Shown: positions 36,866 through 50,105 of the stretch, one piece after another
Position numbering within the stretch: the first letter of the stretch is position 1
How the letters are laid out: every line of letters begins with the position of its first letter
Origin: Amoebidium appalachense
Taxonomy: Eukaryota > Protista > Ichthyosporea
DNA length: 64,000 nt
NCBI GenBank assembly: GCA_963693365.1
Contig: CAVNZM010000004.1
Span: 1,198,448 to 1,262,447 of the forward strand
Direction of reading: 5' to 3'
Translations under genes and position numbers: made by a program
The notes under the pieces: model-generated
Seen by the model: the letters and a program-made list of their open reading frames with translations, nothing else
Database searches by the model: none
What the model was told of the DNA's origin: nothing

Positions 36866-39800
36866 ATGACTGACAAACCGTCGTATATCAACCTTCCAAT
36901 ATGGAATCCGTCCGAGAAACGAGACGAGAAACGTCTTAATTATTTCGAGTGGGAGCCACTCATTCACCGGTTCATTAGAACCACCATTGCCGAGAAATTC
37001 GTTGACGCTATCAAGAGGCCACAGTGGGTTGACGGCGCTGAAGCCAACCAGTGGCTAGGCTACACCACCAAGGACTCCTACAAGAAAGCTTCCGACGTCC
37101 TCGACCAGATCCTCAACCAGTCCGTCCACCCGACCGAGCTCTACGACTCCGGCCGGATGCAAGACGGTGTCCACGGTGGTGAAGTCTTCCACAACCTACG
37201 TATGGCGTATGTAGCAGAGAAGGAGGCCCGAGTCACCCAGATTCAAGTCACCTTCGAGGAGCTTGAACTACGAGACTACCCCAACGTCACAGCATACCTC
37301 ACCCGTCTCCAACGTCTGGCTACGACACTTGCCTGCCTCGACGAACCCGTCCAGCACAAGGATGTCGTACGTAAGTTCTTCCTCCACATCCGGAAGAACA
37401 CAGCCCTGGTCTGCCCCGACATTGAACGTCTCTGCTCCGACTACTGGATGAACAACAAGGCCTACCCGTCCTTCAACATGCTCATCAGTGACATCCGAGG
37501 AGCTGAAATCCGTGCCGGCCTCATCGACGCAGGCACAGGTGCAACCGTCAACAACCGTCCCCTCCGTGCACTCCAGAGCAGAGTGCTTCCCCCCGGTGAC
37601 CTCCGTAACCGTATTCCTCGACGTGAGCATACACCTCACCGTTCCCCGTCCCGTTCCCGTGATCCTCGTCCTCCCTCCAAGTCACCCGGCCCCCGTTCAA
37701 CTTCCCCTTACCACCGTGGTAACAGGGACAACCGTAACCGACAGCACAACACCAACAGTGTGAAGTGTTCCTACTGCCATGAGCCCCACCACATCACAGC
37801 ATGCCCGGAGCCTGGCTGCACAGTTGCTCGTCGTGCCAAGCAGGAGAAAGGTGACCAGAGTGTGAAATTTGCACTCATCTCCTCCACCGGCACACCTGAC
37901 AGTAACGACCCCGTCTGGGACAGTGCTTGTAATGCACACATCTGCCCCATCAAGGAGTATTTCTCCTCCCTTACCCCGTGTCCTCCCACCCCCATTCACG
38001 GCCTCGGCACAGTCAATGCCAAACAACGTGGCATCATCAACATAACACTGCACTACAACGGCCACCCAACACCGTGCAGCATCAATGCTTACTACGTACC
38101 CGAGGCACCGTCTTTCCTCGTGTCTACCTCCATGGCATCAGCTGCCGGCCTCCTAGGTCATTGTGACGATACAGACAACCACCCGTCGTTCCTCTACAGC
38201 CGTAATGGTGACATTATTACAGATCTCACCCCCCTCGACGGTCTCTACTACATCACTGACTATGTGATTGAGACTCCTAAACACCCGGGGGTCCAAGCCT
38301 ACACAGCAAGGACTCAACCACCCGACGACCTCACCCTTTGGCACAACCGTCTCGGCCACCGTGCCCTCTCCACCGTCACCAGGATGGCCAAGGATGAGCT
38401 TGTCATCGGCATGCCCCCCTCCCTCAAGTCACCCGACAACAGTGACTGCTTCGGCTGCATGTCTGGCAAGACCACCAAGGCCCCCTTTCCCGGCACCCGT
38501 TCCAAGTTCACCATTCCCGGTTCTAAGTGGCACCTGGACTTCTTCGAAGCTCCCTGTGCTTCCTACGGAGGCTACAAGGTTGCTCTGGTGTGTGTTTGTG
38601 ATGCCACCGGTTACACCACCGTGTTCCCCCTTTACAACCGTGGTGAAACCCTCAGCCACATTCAGTCTCTCGTTGAAACCATCGAACGTCAGACACCTGA
38701 GATCGTCACCCATCTTCGGTTTGACTCCGGCTCTGAGTTCACCTCCAAGGACACCGAGGCCTACTGCAAGCAGAAAGGCATCATCATGGAGTTTGCCCCC
38801 GTCGACACACCACAACACAATGGTGTTGTTGAACGGAAGATGAGAGAACTGCAAGAGACAGTCTGTTGCTTCCTCCATGCCAACAAGGACCAACCTCTCT
38901 CTCCCAAGTTGTGGGTTGCTGCTCTCAAGCATACAAGCTACATCATCAACGTCACACCGTCATCTGCTGCCAACGGCAACACTCCCTTCGAGGCCTTCCA
39001 CGGCTTCAAACCCGACGTCTCCCAGCTCCACGTGTTCGGCTCCCCTGCCTATGTGCATGTTCCCCGGTCAAAGAGGAACAAGCTGGCATCAACCGTCAGA
39101 GTCGGCACCTACGTCGGCTGGGACCTACCCTCCAAGGCACACAAGATCCTCGACCATGCCAGCAACCAAATCAAGATCTGCCGTGATGTGATCTTCGACG
39201 AGTCGAAATTCACGGGCAGCACCAATCAGGTCTCCGTTCCCCCCAAACCCGATCTGCCGACATTGGACCCCCCTCCGACGACGACGATGAAACTCCGTCT
39301 GTGGTCATCTCCCAACCGTCCTGGCACAACCAACCAGCCCCGGTTGAACCCGTGCCTCCCCCGAGCCCCCCCCCCCACTGGCCAACAACCCTTGCTGCCG
39401 GCCCCCCCCGTTGCTGTGCATCAACCCGGCTACATGACTCCGGTTCGTCCTGGGTCCCCCACCTTCCACTCGGCCACAAGCAGCCCTGTGGACACCGATG
39501 CCCCCCTCACCTCACCACCGGTCCTATTCCTGGCTTCCATGCCCCTATCCCGGCCTCCACCACCTACCCGGCCACCACTCCCCTCAAGGACCCCCCCAAG
39601 CCCAACCTTCGTCGGTCTACACGTCTCACCAAGACTCCAACGGCACTGGTCAGCATCGTAGCACCGACCATCAACATTGACCAGCTCCCCAAGGGCATTC
39701 AAAAGCTTTGCAACGGTCCCAACGGTGATGCCGTCATAGCTGCCCTCACCTCCGAGTACCAAGCCTTCATCACCAAGGATGTCTTCACCATTGTTGATCC

Positions 39801-41235
39801 CCCCCCTGGTGCCAACATCATCAAGTTCAAGTGGATTGTGACTGAGAAAGTCCTCAACTCAGCCGGTGACACCAAGATCAAAGCTCGTGGTGTTGCAAAG
39901 GGCTTCACTCAAGTCTACGGTGTTGACTACGGTGACACCTCTTCCCCCGTGGTGATGTCCTCCTCCGTCCGTGCCCTCCTTGCCATCGGTGTGGACGGCA
40001 ACCATGAGATTCATCAACTCGACGTCTCAACTGCCTTCCTCAACAGTCCTCTTCAAGAAGACATCTACATTGAGCCACCACCTGGCTTCATCACCCCCGG
40101 CAACGAACACAAGGTCTGGAAACTTAAGAAGGCACTCTACGGGCTCAAGCAAGCATCACTGGCCTGGTATGAGTACTTCGACAAGGTCCTCCTTGCTCAC
40201 GGTCTCGAACGTCTCCGTTCAGATCCATGTGTCTACATCAAGACCTTCCCCAACGGTGACATCATCCTCACTGGCAACTATGTGGACGACGTCATCATCA
40301 TCTGCACGGCCAACTCCTCCCACACCAAGGATCTAGTAGACCACATCATGAAGTCAGCTCTCTGCAAGGTTGACCTTCCCGACATCTTCCTTGGCACCCA
40401 GCTCATCCACACCCCCGGTCACCTCAAGCTGCTTCAGCAATCCTACATCAACGACATCGTCAGAGACTTCAACCTCAACGATGCTCACCCCAAGGCTACT
40501 CCCATTCCCGTCGGCACCGTCATCACCATCAACGAGAACGACTCACCACCCATCAAGGTTCCCTACCGTGAACTACTCGGCCGTCTTTTGTGGGTTGCTC
40601 GTTGTTCCCGGCCCGACATCTCCTTTGCCATCGGCTACCTCGGTAGATTCAGTGCCAACCCCACCAAACTTGCATGGGAATGTCTACTCCGTGTAGTTCG
40701 GTACCTCATCGGCACTTCCAACCTCGGCCTTCACTACGACAAGTCTGCTTCCGACGACAACACCCCCTTGCTGGAGTGTTATTCTGATGCTGACTTTGCC
40801 AACTGCCCCAACACCCGTCGTTCAACCACCGGATACGTCATCTTCTTCAAGGGCATACCCATCACATGGTATTCGAAGCTGCAGTCCATCACGGCAACAT
40901 CCACCACCGAGGCTGAGCTTCTGGCCATCAATGCTGCTGTTCAAAACGTCATCTGGCACCGTGATCTCCTCCGTGAACTCGGCTACCCGATGACCGACCC
41001 CACCCCCGTCTACTGTGACAACCAGTCCACCATTGCCCTCCTGCACACCAACAGCATCAAGCACCGGACCAAACACATTGCAGTCCGTTACCACAACACG
41101 AAGGACTACATCAAGAGTGGGGATGTGGTCGTCACCTACGTGTCCAGCAAAGACAACGTGGCTGACATCTTCACCAAGCCCCTGCCCGGGCCCTCCCACG
41201 AGCAGCACCGTGATTCACTCAGTCTTCGTGACTGA
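36866..41235 (+). CDS. gag-pol: Copia B Gag-Pol polyprotein (frameshifts in the IN-RT linker ~39270-39515)
   Basis: 931-aa and 644-aa ORFs carrying all copia motifs; C-run shifts plus a 5-bp duplication near 39510. Confidence 0.93.
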
Positions 41236-41236
41236 G

Positions 41237-41277
<41 letters not shown>

Positions 41278-42629
41278 TCATCTACAGTGGTCTTCAAGTA
41301 GGTTGGGGCCCTGGCCAGTGGTCTACACATCACCGTGTAGAGACACCTCCCAACGAAAGTCTACTGCTGTCTTCATCGATCTTCAGTGTGTGCATCTTCA
41401 GTGGGGATTTCTTCTCCACCATCCGTCGTTTATTTATATACCACCATATATATAATGTATTTATCATTAGCCACCAACACGTCACACATACACTAGTTGT
41501 TTCTTCTATATATATTTATATATCACGTCATTGGCTACCGTCATCTTCCGAGTCTTCAGAGGCAACCGTCGTTGTGTGCTTCTTCCGTTTTGGTTTTCTT
41601 CCCCGGCTTGCACCTTCAAGTCTTCTCCATTGTCTTCTCGAGTGGGGAAACTTGACTGTGACTTCACGGCACCTACTTCTACATGTGTGAAAGTCTTAAC
41701 TCAACAGTCACATCAACAAACTTCACGAGAACCCAACTTCCAACCCTTGAGTGGGGATGTCATCTTCACTTAATTCTCAGCAAGACTTAGAAGTTGAGTT
41801 TGGTATTTATTTATTAGTTGTTGTAGTTTGTTTCCTTTTCCTTTCTTCATTTCTTTCTTTCTTTTCCGTTTCCGTGTACACGACATCTTAGATCTGTGTA
41901 CGTATCGACATACTTAGCTCGCGCACACGTATTGTCGTTTGCGTCAAAATCTATATATGTCATCCAATCATATCTCGTTTGTATTTTCCCAAATATAGTA
42001 ACTTACATTCCTTTCTCATTTCTTTCCCACGACGTAGCATTGTGCTATGTTCTTCAACTATTAGGAATAATTATATTTAGACGTGTTATGATAAGAACAT
42101 GTATAAATATATGTTATGAATTAATAGTTACATAAGTGGTTTCATTTTATTAAATGTTTCCGTGCTTTTATTAGAAGTTTCTTTCATTGGAGGATTGAGT
42201 TTTATATTCTAAATGTCGACAGACATTTTATTCGATATATTTTACACTCATAGTTTTCATTCTTTTGATTGGTTTATCGTTTCACATTCCCAAGTATAAA
42301 AGGGACCTCATCTTGAAATAAATCATAAGCAGTCGTATTCACTTCCTATGGTTCCAGAAATCGTTCCTCCTCTCCGGTTGTGTTTTTCCCGTGTGTCTTT
42401 GTGTTGTGTTTTACATAACACCCATCTGTGCTCTCTGCTTCTCCGTTTACCCACACAAAATAACAGTAGGCGAGTGTGACATGCGTGCTCAGTGAAAACA
42501 AAATCCCTGAGTTTCAAAAGCACCTGTATCAAGTGTGTTTTGGCTTCAGAGGGGCTGCCCGCCAGAGGATATATTTACATATTAGCGAATAGGTATACAA
42601 AGGTTTATCAGATCTATCCAAAGTACGTA

Positions 42630-44423
42630 CCCTCATAGACTCTGATAAGTATTTCTCGGAACTGTTTAAAGATAGGACCCCCGCTCAGAAACCTATTGTG
42701 TGGCCTGTAGACCCATCTATCCCCATAGAATCGATCCTCCCCTTTTTCAGTCCCGATGCCATATGGTCTGTGATATCTAGTTATAGCTCTAGTAAGTCTT
42801 GTGGACCTGATGGACTCCCTGCTGGGTTTCTTAAAATCCTTGTTCCCTCCTACCCACAAAAGGAAAGTGATCGTGCTATTAAACCTGATCTTACTATCAT
42901 GTTAAGCTCTCTCTTTTCTTGGTGTGTTAAATGTGGACATGTCCCGTCATCTTGGTTAGATACCTTAGTGATCCCCATAGTTAAGAAGGACTCTGAGGGC
43001 CCCATATCATCCTTTCGCCCCATTACACTAACCCAGGTTGTTCGTAGATTCTTTGAAGCTTGCTTACTTAGGTTATTTGCACATCACCCTAGGTTTCAAT
43101 CTATTCTTCACATACACCCATGCCAATCCGCTTTTCGTAAAAACAATTCATGTTATGTTCAAATAATGGCACTGCACGATTCTATGCAAGTTGGTGCACA
43201 ATATGTTGGCTTTATTGATTGGAAAACTGCTTACGATTCTGTCTCCCCTGGTCTCCTATGGGAAAAGCTTGCTGCACGGGGTGTACCACACTGCATTGGT
43301 GTTCTGTTAGAAGCACTCTTGTCTCAAACCTATGGTAGAGCTGTGGTTAATGGGCATCTTTCATATGGTGTTGCTCGTACTAGAGGTCTCTTGCAGGGTT
43401 CATTGCTTAGCCCCTTTTTGTTTAACCTATTTATAGATGATTTGGCTGTCAAGACTTACGCCGAAAACGATGACCCTATTAATAACTTTCCGCCTGCACT
43501 TCTCTATGCTGATGATCTGTCCCTCCTTGCCCGTACCCCTAGACGCCTGCAAAGATTGTTCGATGTAGTGTCAGAGTGGTGCAAGGCAAACCTTATTATC
43601 CTTAACATAGACAAATGTGGTGTTCTTGTACCTGATATAGCTAACAATTTACACACATTTACATTATCATCTAAACCTGTACCTATAGTTCCAGAATACA
43701 AATATCTTGGTGTTCCGGTTGATTCTGTTGGTGTTATGTTTCCCCATATGGTCGAAAAGAGGGTAGAGTTGGCTCGTAAGCGGTTAGCTTTCTTCTCGGC
43801 TAATATTTTTAAAGACACACCCCTCCATCCTTCTATTAGACTTACATTTATTCGCACTTTTGTCTTCCCGGCATGTGAATATGGTTTACCCCTTCTCGCC
43901 GCTTGGATCAAGAAAGAGAGAACTAGAGCGCTTAAACCCTTGGCAAATTTCCTTGAAGCAGAAGTTGCCTCCTTTCTATCTAACAACTGTTGTAAACCTG
44001 GGCCTGTAACGCTCTCGATATATGGTCTGGTCCCAATAGCTGCTAGAGTATCCTATCTCGCGCTGAAATTCAATAAGCACATAAGCCGCTTAAAGAAGTA
44101 TTTGCCCTCCCACCCTCTCTTCTCTATCCGACCTGTCCCCTCCTCACCTCTCCCCTCTTTCCTCCCCTCTCTCTCCCCTTCTCCCCTGGGCACAAATACA
44201 AATAAACCCCGCAATAGTGTGTGTGTGACTTTGGACTGCCACTTACTTGTTAAACATGTACACAATCACAAGATAATCACGCAATATAACAAATGGAAAA
44301 AGATACCACACGACACTAGACCCGATGAAAGCATACACCTTGAAAAACTAAGCCTTATGTCTCGTTTTATATATACTGACCGCCTCAACCATATTGCCAA
44401 ATATGGCACTCGCAAGTGTATAA
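42630..44423 (+). mobile_element. LINE family L copy X, 5'-truncated, RT domain intact, broken at an inversion breakpoint
   Basis: SCGPDG, FRPITL, FIDWKTAYDSV, GLLQGSLLSPFLFN, LLYADD, YKYLGV; left TSD AAAGTACGTA at 42620-42629. Confidence 0.92.
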
Positions 44424-44617
44424 GGGGTTTACGCTGTTTACTCGAGGCAAAGAGAACCAGTCTCAGGTATGGGGGGGGGGGTTTGCTCGGAATATCCCCT
44501 CAGCGGTATATCATGATCACGTACATAGATGTCGGGTGGTGACTATATATCAGGGTTTACTTTCTCTACGAGACACCATAAAGACTACAAGGAGAAATCA
44601 ATTAGTTGGGGTTCCCC

Positions 44618-44659
<42 letters not shown>

Positions 44660-44691
44660 GGGCTCCCCTCGGGACACTCGGTATCAGCTGG

Positions 44692-44754
<63 letters not shown>

Positions 44755-45546
44755 GTGTGTGTGTGTGCGCGTGCGCTATAATTTTGTAGTGATGTGTTTC
44801 TCAAGCCAATCAATACATCTAATAAACAGGTCGTAGTTACGCGTGTTTAGTATAAAATCAAGGATGTTGTAATTTACAGGTAGGCTATCTTTCTGGGTGT
44901 CTGTTGTGAATGTGACGTGTGTGTGTTGCGGTATTATGTGGTCTATCAAACTACATTTGGCGATACATGACCGGTTAAACTGGTGTGTGTGTGTGTTGTT
45001 TGGGCATGCAAATGATGCCACCTTATACTTATTAGATCTCCACTGTATAGCACGTGTACAGTAAAAGCGTGGTAATTGATCAATAATACCATCAGCTAGA
45101 GAAAGACCAGTTCTACAGGAAGGTAATATGTATTTAGGTGTTATACACTTGCGAGTGCCATATTTGGCAATATGGTTGAGGCGGTCAGTATATATAAAAC
45201 GAGACATAAGGCTTAGTTTTTCAAGGTGTATGCTTTCATCGGGTCTAGTGTCGTGTGGTATCTTTTTCCATTTGTTATATTGCGTGATTATCTTGTGATT
45301 GTGTACATGTTTAATAAGTAAGTGGCAGTCCAAAGTCACACACACACTATTGCGGGGTTTATTTGTATTTGTGCCCAGGGGAGAAGGGGAGAGAGAGGGG
45401 AGGAAAGAGGGGAGAGGTGAGGAGGGGACAGGTCGGATAGAGAAGAGAGGGTGGGAGGGCAAATACTTCTTTAAGCGGCTTATGTGCTTATTGAATTTCA
45501 GCGCGAGATAGGATACTCTAGCAGCTATTGGGACCAGACCATATAT
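44424..45546 (-). mobile_element. LINE family L 1.1-kb 3' unit (copy Y)
   Basis: Same ends and same diagnostic allele (LLIKH) as 10504-11603. Confidence 0.9.
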
Positions 45547-46025
45547 ATATATATTTATTTCTTGGTATATTTTCAAGCCCCGGAGTATTTTGGCCTGGGG
45601 TGTATGGTATTTTTCATCCCAAGTCAAAGGAGAATGAGGGGGGGTTCCTATTATAGGAAACTTGCGGAGGCTTACCATAAACTGAAATTTTGATGGTATT
45701 TTCGAAAAGTTTAGGGTATTTTTTACCGTAAAAACGGGGTTATGGTCGGGCCTGTACCCCAGACGCCTTTGGGTCGTAATACAACCCCTGCGCCCGCCGC
45801 CCGGTCTGGTTTATCCTTTGGAATGTTCTAGTTAGGTTTTTCAGGGCGTGTAAAAACCATACACACATGAAACTTTAGGGAACTTATAAGAGCACACACA
45901 GTCACACAGAACCCCGGACATGAGCAAGAAATAACCACTAACCTCCCTACAGGTACTAATATGTAACGGCTCTCTCAACCTTCACATTTACATACACCGA
46001 AACAAACACAAAAACACGCACTGGG

Positions 46026-46394
46026 CCGTAATTCTTGTTTCCATCGCCGTTGGTGCACGTGACACATGCAAAATTTTGTGCTGATCGAACTTTTTCACTG
46101 AGTCGAAGGTATGACACATACATCGGTGTGAGCTTTTTATGTCGCGTTTTGCCTCTTTCCCTACGGGTGTCTGCTAGGTACACTGGCTGGCAATGTGAAC
46201 ACTTGAGACTTTTTGTTGAATTCTATTGTTTGTCACATTGAATATCTATATGATTTTCACACAGTGTTCAGGTACACGTATCTCAGCGGCAATTGCATGC
46301 TACATGTGATAACTCGTGAAGTTTTTATTGCCTCCCGGCTAACGTACTAAGTATGCCGCACGGTATGCCGTGCATACTTGTTGAATAAATCCAG
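46026..46394 (+). mobile_element. Old 3' fragment of LINE family M
   Basis: Aligns by eye to ~31760-32077 with many small insertions; ends GAATAAATCCAG. Confidence 0.75.
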
Positions 46395-46765
46395 CGGCAA
46401 ATAATAAAATTCTCCACACACGCGCAAGTGCCCCCACAACTCGTACGCACAACGCAGTCCACACACCCACATTTGATATGTTTCAATTTATTTTTGGTTT
46501 TTATAAAAAATAAAGCTGTTTGTAAGTCTGCTTGGTTGTGTTAGCTGTCGAAGTTATAGAATACCTCTTGGGCTTTTATCTATCTATGTAAGAAAGGGAA
46601 TTTGCCTAGCTCAAAATAGCGTACGTTTGACCAATCGGAAATGAGTTGATCCGCTCAACTCAGGGTTCGACATTTGGGTTTCAAGTCGGGTATTTTCCGA
46701 AGTTTTGTGACGTCATCCATTTTGGCCTCGCGAAAGGTGGGGTATTTCCAGGATATACGTACTTT

Positions 46766-47020
46766 GGGGTTTACGCTGTTTACTCGAGGCAAAGAGAACC
46801 AGTCTCAGGTAGGGGGGGGGGGGTTTGCTCGGAATATCCCCTCAGCGGTATATCATGATCACGTACATAGATGTCGGGTGGTGACTATATATCAGGGTTT
46901 ACTTTCTCTACGAGACACCATAAAGACTACAAGGAGAAATCAATTAGTTGGGGTTCCCCGTTTTTTATTTTTTTTTATTTTTTTTTTTTTTTATTTTTTT
47001 TATTTATTTATTTATTTATT

Positions 47021-47055
<35 letters not shown>

Positions 47056-47783
47056 GGGCTCCCCTCGGGACACTCGGTATCAGCTGGTTGTGTGTGTGTG
47101 TGTGTGTGTGTGTGTTTGTGTGTGTGTGTGCGCGTGCGCTATAATTTTGTAGTGATGTGTTTCTCAAGCCAATCAATACATCTAATAAACAGGTCGTAGT
47201 TACGCGTGTTTAGTATAAAATCAAGGATGTTGTAATTTACAGGTAGGCTATCTTTCTGGGTGTCTGTTGTGAATGTGACGTGTGTGTGTTGCGGTATTAT
47301 GTGGTCTATCAAACTGCATTTGGCGATACATGACCGGTTAAACTGGTGTGTGTGTGTGTTGTTTGGGCATGCAAATGATGCCACCTTATACTTATTAGAT
47401 CTCCACTGTATAGCACGTGTACAGTAAAAGCGTGGTAATTGATCAATAATACCATCAGCTAGAGAAAGACCAGTTCTACAGGAAGGTAATATGTATTTAG
47501 GTGTTATACACTTGCGAGTGCCATATTTGGCAATATGGTTGAGGCGGTCAGTATATATAAAACGAGACATAAGGCTTAGTTTTTCAAGGTGTATGCTTTC
47601 ATCGGGTCTAGTGTCGTGTGGTATCTTTTTCCATTTGTTATATTGCGTGATTATCTTGTGATTGTGTACATGTTTAACAAGTAAGTGGCAGTCCAAAGTC
47701 ACACACACACTATTGCGGGGTTTATTTGTATTTGTGCCCAGGGGAGAAGGGGAGAGAGAGGGGAGGAAAGAGGGGAGAGGTGA
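46766..47783 (-). mobile_element. 3' end of LINE-L copy X, inverted
   Basis: Shares the LLVKH allele with 42630-44423; followed on the minus strand by AAAGTACGTA (46756-46765), the TSD partner of 42620-42629. Confidence 0.88.
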
Positions 47784-48343
47784 ACAGCGTAAACCCCCAA
47801 ATATATATATACGATAAGCCCAGGGGGTCAATACGAGTAACGCTGTTAGGTGCTGTATTGGTCTTTTGTAGCAGTGGAATAGGCCAATAGTGTGTCTTGG
47901 TGTGTTTTTATACAAAAACGGGTGTTTTTCCAGGTAAAAGATGGCCAGGTGATTATTTTGGCACTCCAGAGCGGAATATGAAGCCCTGTTCTGTCAATCG
48001 GGGTGCGTAATCGCTAAGGGAGTGTAAAATGAACTGAAATAGTTCCTTAAATTCAATGATATAGGGGGTCTATACGAGTCGTAATGAGACCAACCCCGCC
48101 CATACGATTTGGAAATTCCGACAAGACGATTGTGTTTGAGGTAACTTACCAGGGTAGCGCAGCCGAAACCGCACAACCCCTGACCGGGCGGCAAAAGGGG
48201 GCCGCAGCACATATGAACGCAATGCAACTTCGCATCATGTACACACCGTCGTCGTTGAACTCACGAGTGTGTAGTGCGTCTATTATTCACGTGGTCTGGA
48301 ATACACTACACACACAAGAAAGCTTGGTTAGTGGTTCGTGAAC

Positions 48344-48695
48344 ATGGGCCGGATCCTCTTCAGCGCGGCTGTGCTTGGCGCAGTCAGCGTGCAGGTGCAG
48401 GGCCACTTTCTGTTCAAGAAACCAGTTGCACCCAAACCACCCGCAGCAATCGAGTACGCTGATGCCACCACCTTCCCTGCCCCCAAGGGATACCGCTGCA
48501 TTGATGACCAGCCTGCCGGCAACCTCATCAAACCATACACAGATCAGCCCTCGGCAGATGCCTGCCAGACAAGGTGCGGTGAAACGGCCGGCTGTGGATT
48601 CTACACCTACTACCCCGGGTCCAAATGGTGCAACACGTACAAAACATGCAGCCGCCTGTTCACAGAGGGTGTGGATGTCACCGCCTACAAAATGT
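48344..48695 (+). CDS. Secreted PAN/SdrD-B protein, exon 1 (signal peptide plus PAN/Apple module 1)
   Basis: MGRILFSAAVLGAVSVQVQG signal-like; six-Cys pattern C...CQTRC..C.FYTY...C...C; donor T|GTAAGT, phase 1. Confidence 0.85.
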
Positions 48696-49265
48696 GTAAG
48701 TACTTTTCCTGACTCCCAGTGATCTAGGCTACAGTAAACTGCCCTAAACGCAGCGGTACATGTGCGTATATTGTCTGGCTCGCACAACCAACTTGTAAGT
48801 CTCGAAGGATCAATGTGGTTGCGTTTTTAGTCATAAACTCATGCAATCGTTTTGCTCTAAATTATGAGGTATAAAGATAACTTGAATTATTCTTACCTAC
48901 TTTGCCATGAATACTAATGCAGTTTTAAATTATTCTTACCTACTTTGCCTACCATGAATACTAATGCAGTTTTATATGTGGACAAAAGTTCAATTAAAAG
49001 ACCAAGAGTGTCCTGACTAATATTTCCACCCTAATTTTTCACCACCCTAATTTTTCACAGAATCACGAGTTGTGTAGTCTGGTATTGGTCGTTGTGGGAT
49101 AACTGCCACTTCCCGATGATACATACAGCCAAAATATTTGGCTGCAGGAGGCCTGACTGCCGCAAGCTTCAAGCCGGCCACCAATACCATAACAATGAGA
49201 CATGGGGTGACTTCATACTGTCGAAAGCATTTTTAACCAACCAACCCCCCGACCACCCCCAGCAG

Positions 49266-49529
49266 CCAACCCACCCGCAGCAATCAACTTCGTCGATGCC
49301 ACCACCTTCCCTGCCGCCAAGGGATACCGCTGCATTGATGACCAGCCTGCCGGCAACCTCATCAAACCATACACAGATCAGCCCTCGGCAGATGCCTGCC
49401 AGACAAGGTGCCGTGAAACGGCCGGCTGTGGATTCTACACCTACTACCCCGGGTCCAAATGGTGCAACACGTACAAAACATGCAGCCGCCTGTTCACAGA
49501 GGGTGTGGATGTCACCGCCTACAAAATGT
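49266..49529 (+). CDS. Exon 2 (PAN module 2)
   Basis: CAGCAG acceptor, 264 nt, frame-preserving, GTAAGT donor. Confidence 0.82.
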
Positions 49530-50105
49530 GTAAGTACTTTTCCTGACTCCCAGTGATCTAGGCTACAGTAAACTGCCCTAAACGGTTGGCGCGTTAAATC
49601 GGCCCAGTGATCTAGGGTACTGTAAACTGCCCTAAACGGCTGGCGCGTTAAATCGGCTCTATGTTGTCGGCTAGGCATAGCAGGAACACTTGGCACTTCG
49701 TTCGATATAATATTCCTAAATTCGAAATCAGATGGGCATCTCCTTTCGTCCTCTTGTCCTGGAAGTGCATATCATACATCGTACACGATACCAACACCAT
49801 ATCCCGGTGTTCAGCTTGTCAACATCCCCCCCCCCCCCCCCCCTCCCCTCCTCCCCCTCCCCCTCCCCTCAAACACAAACACGCTGTGAAGTCTTGTCAC
49901 GAGTTGTGCACGTGTAGTCTGGTATTGGTCGTTGTGGGATAACTGCCACTTCCCGATGATACATACAGCCAAAATATTTGGCTGCAGGAGGCCTGACTGC
50001 CGCAAGCTTCAAGCCGGCCACCAATACCATAACAATGAGACATGGGGTGACTTCATACTGTCGAAAGCATTTTTAACCAACCAACCCCCCGACCACCCCC
50101 AGCAG

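Larger units (their letters stand above)
36081..42465 (+). mobile_element. Full-length Ty1/copia, family B (709-bp LTR subfamily)
   Basis: LTRs 36081-36789 and 41758-42465; TSD GTAGG (36076-36080, 42466-42470); PBS from 36790; PPT 41749-41757. Confidence 0.96.

Noticed and set aside
44416-44430. Shared TAAC(AC) target preference for LINE-L at 10503 and 44423
   Set aside because: 44423 is an inversion breakpoint, not an insertion site; the three real TSDs share only AT-richness
45547-45755. Possible hAT-like terminus with AAAATACC subterminal repeats (similar at 33984-34045)
   Set aside because: No convincing partner TIR or TSD could be found
46763-47801. Apparent terminal inverted repeats around a LINE fragment (Penelope-like or DNA transposon)
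   Set aside because: The right-hand 15-mer is the original 3' end of LINE copy Y left at an inversion breakpoint; displaced TSDs explain it
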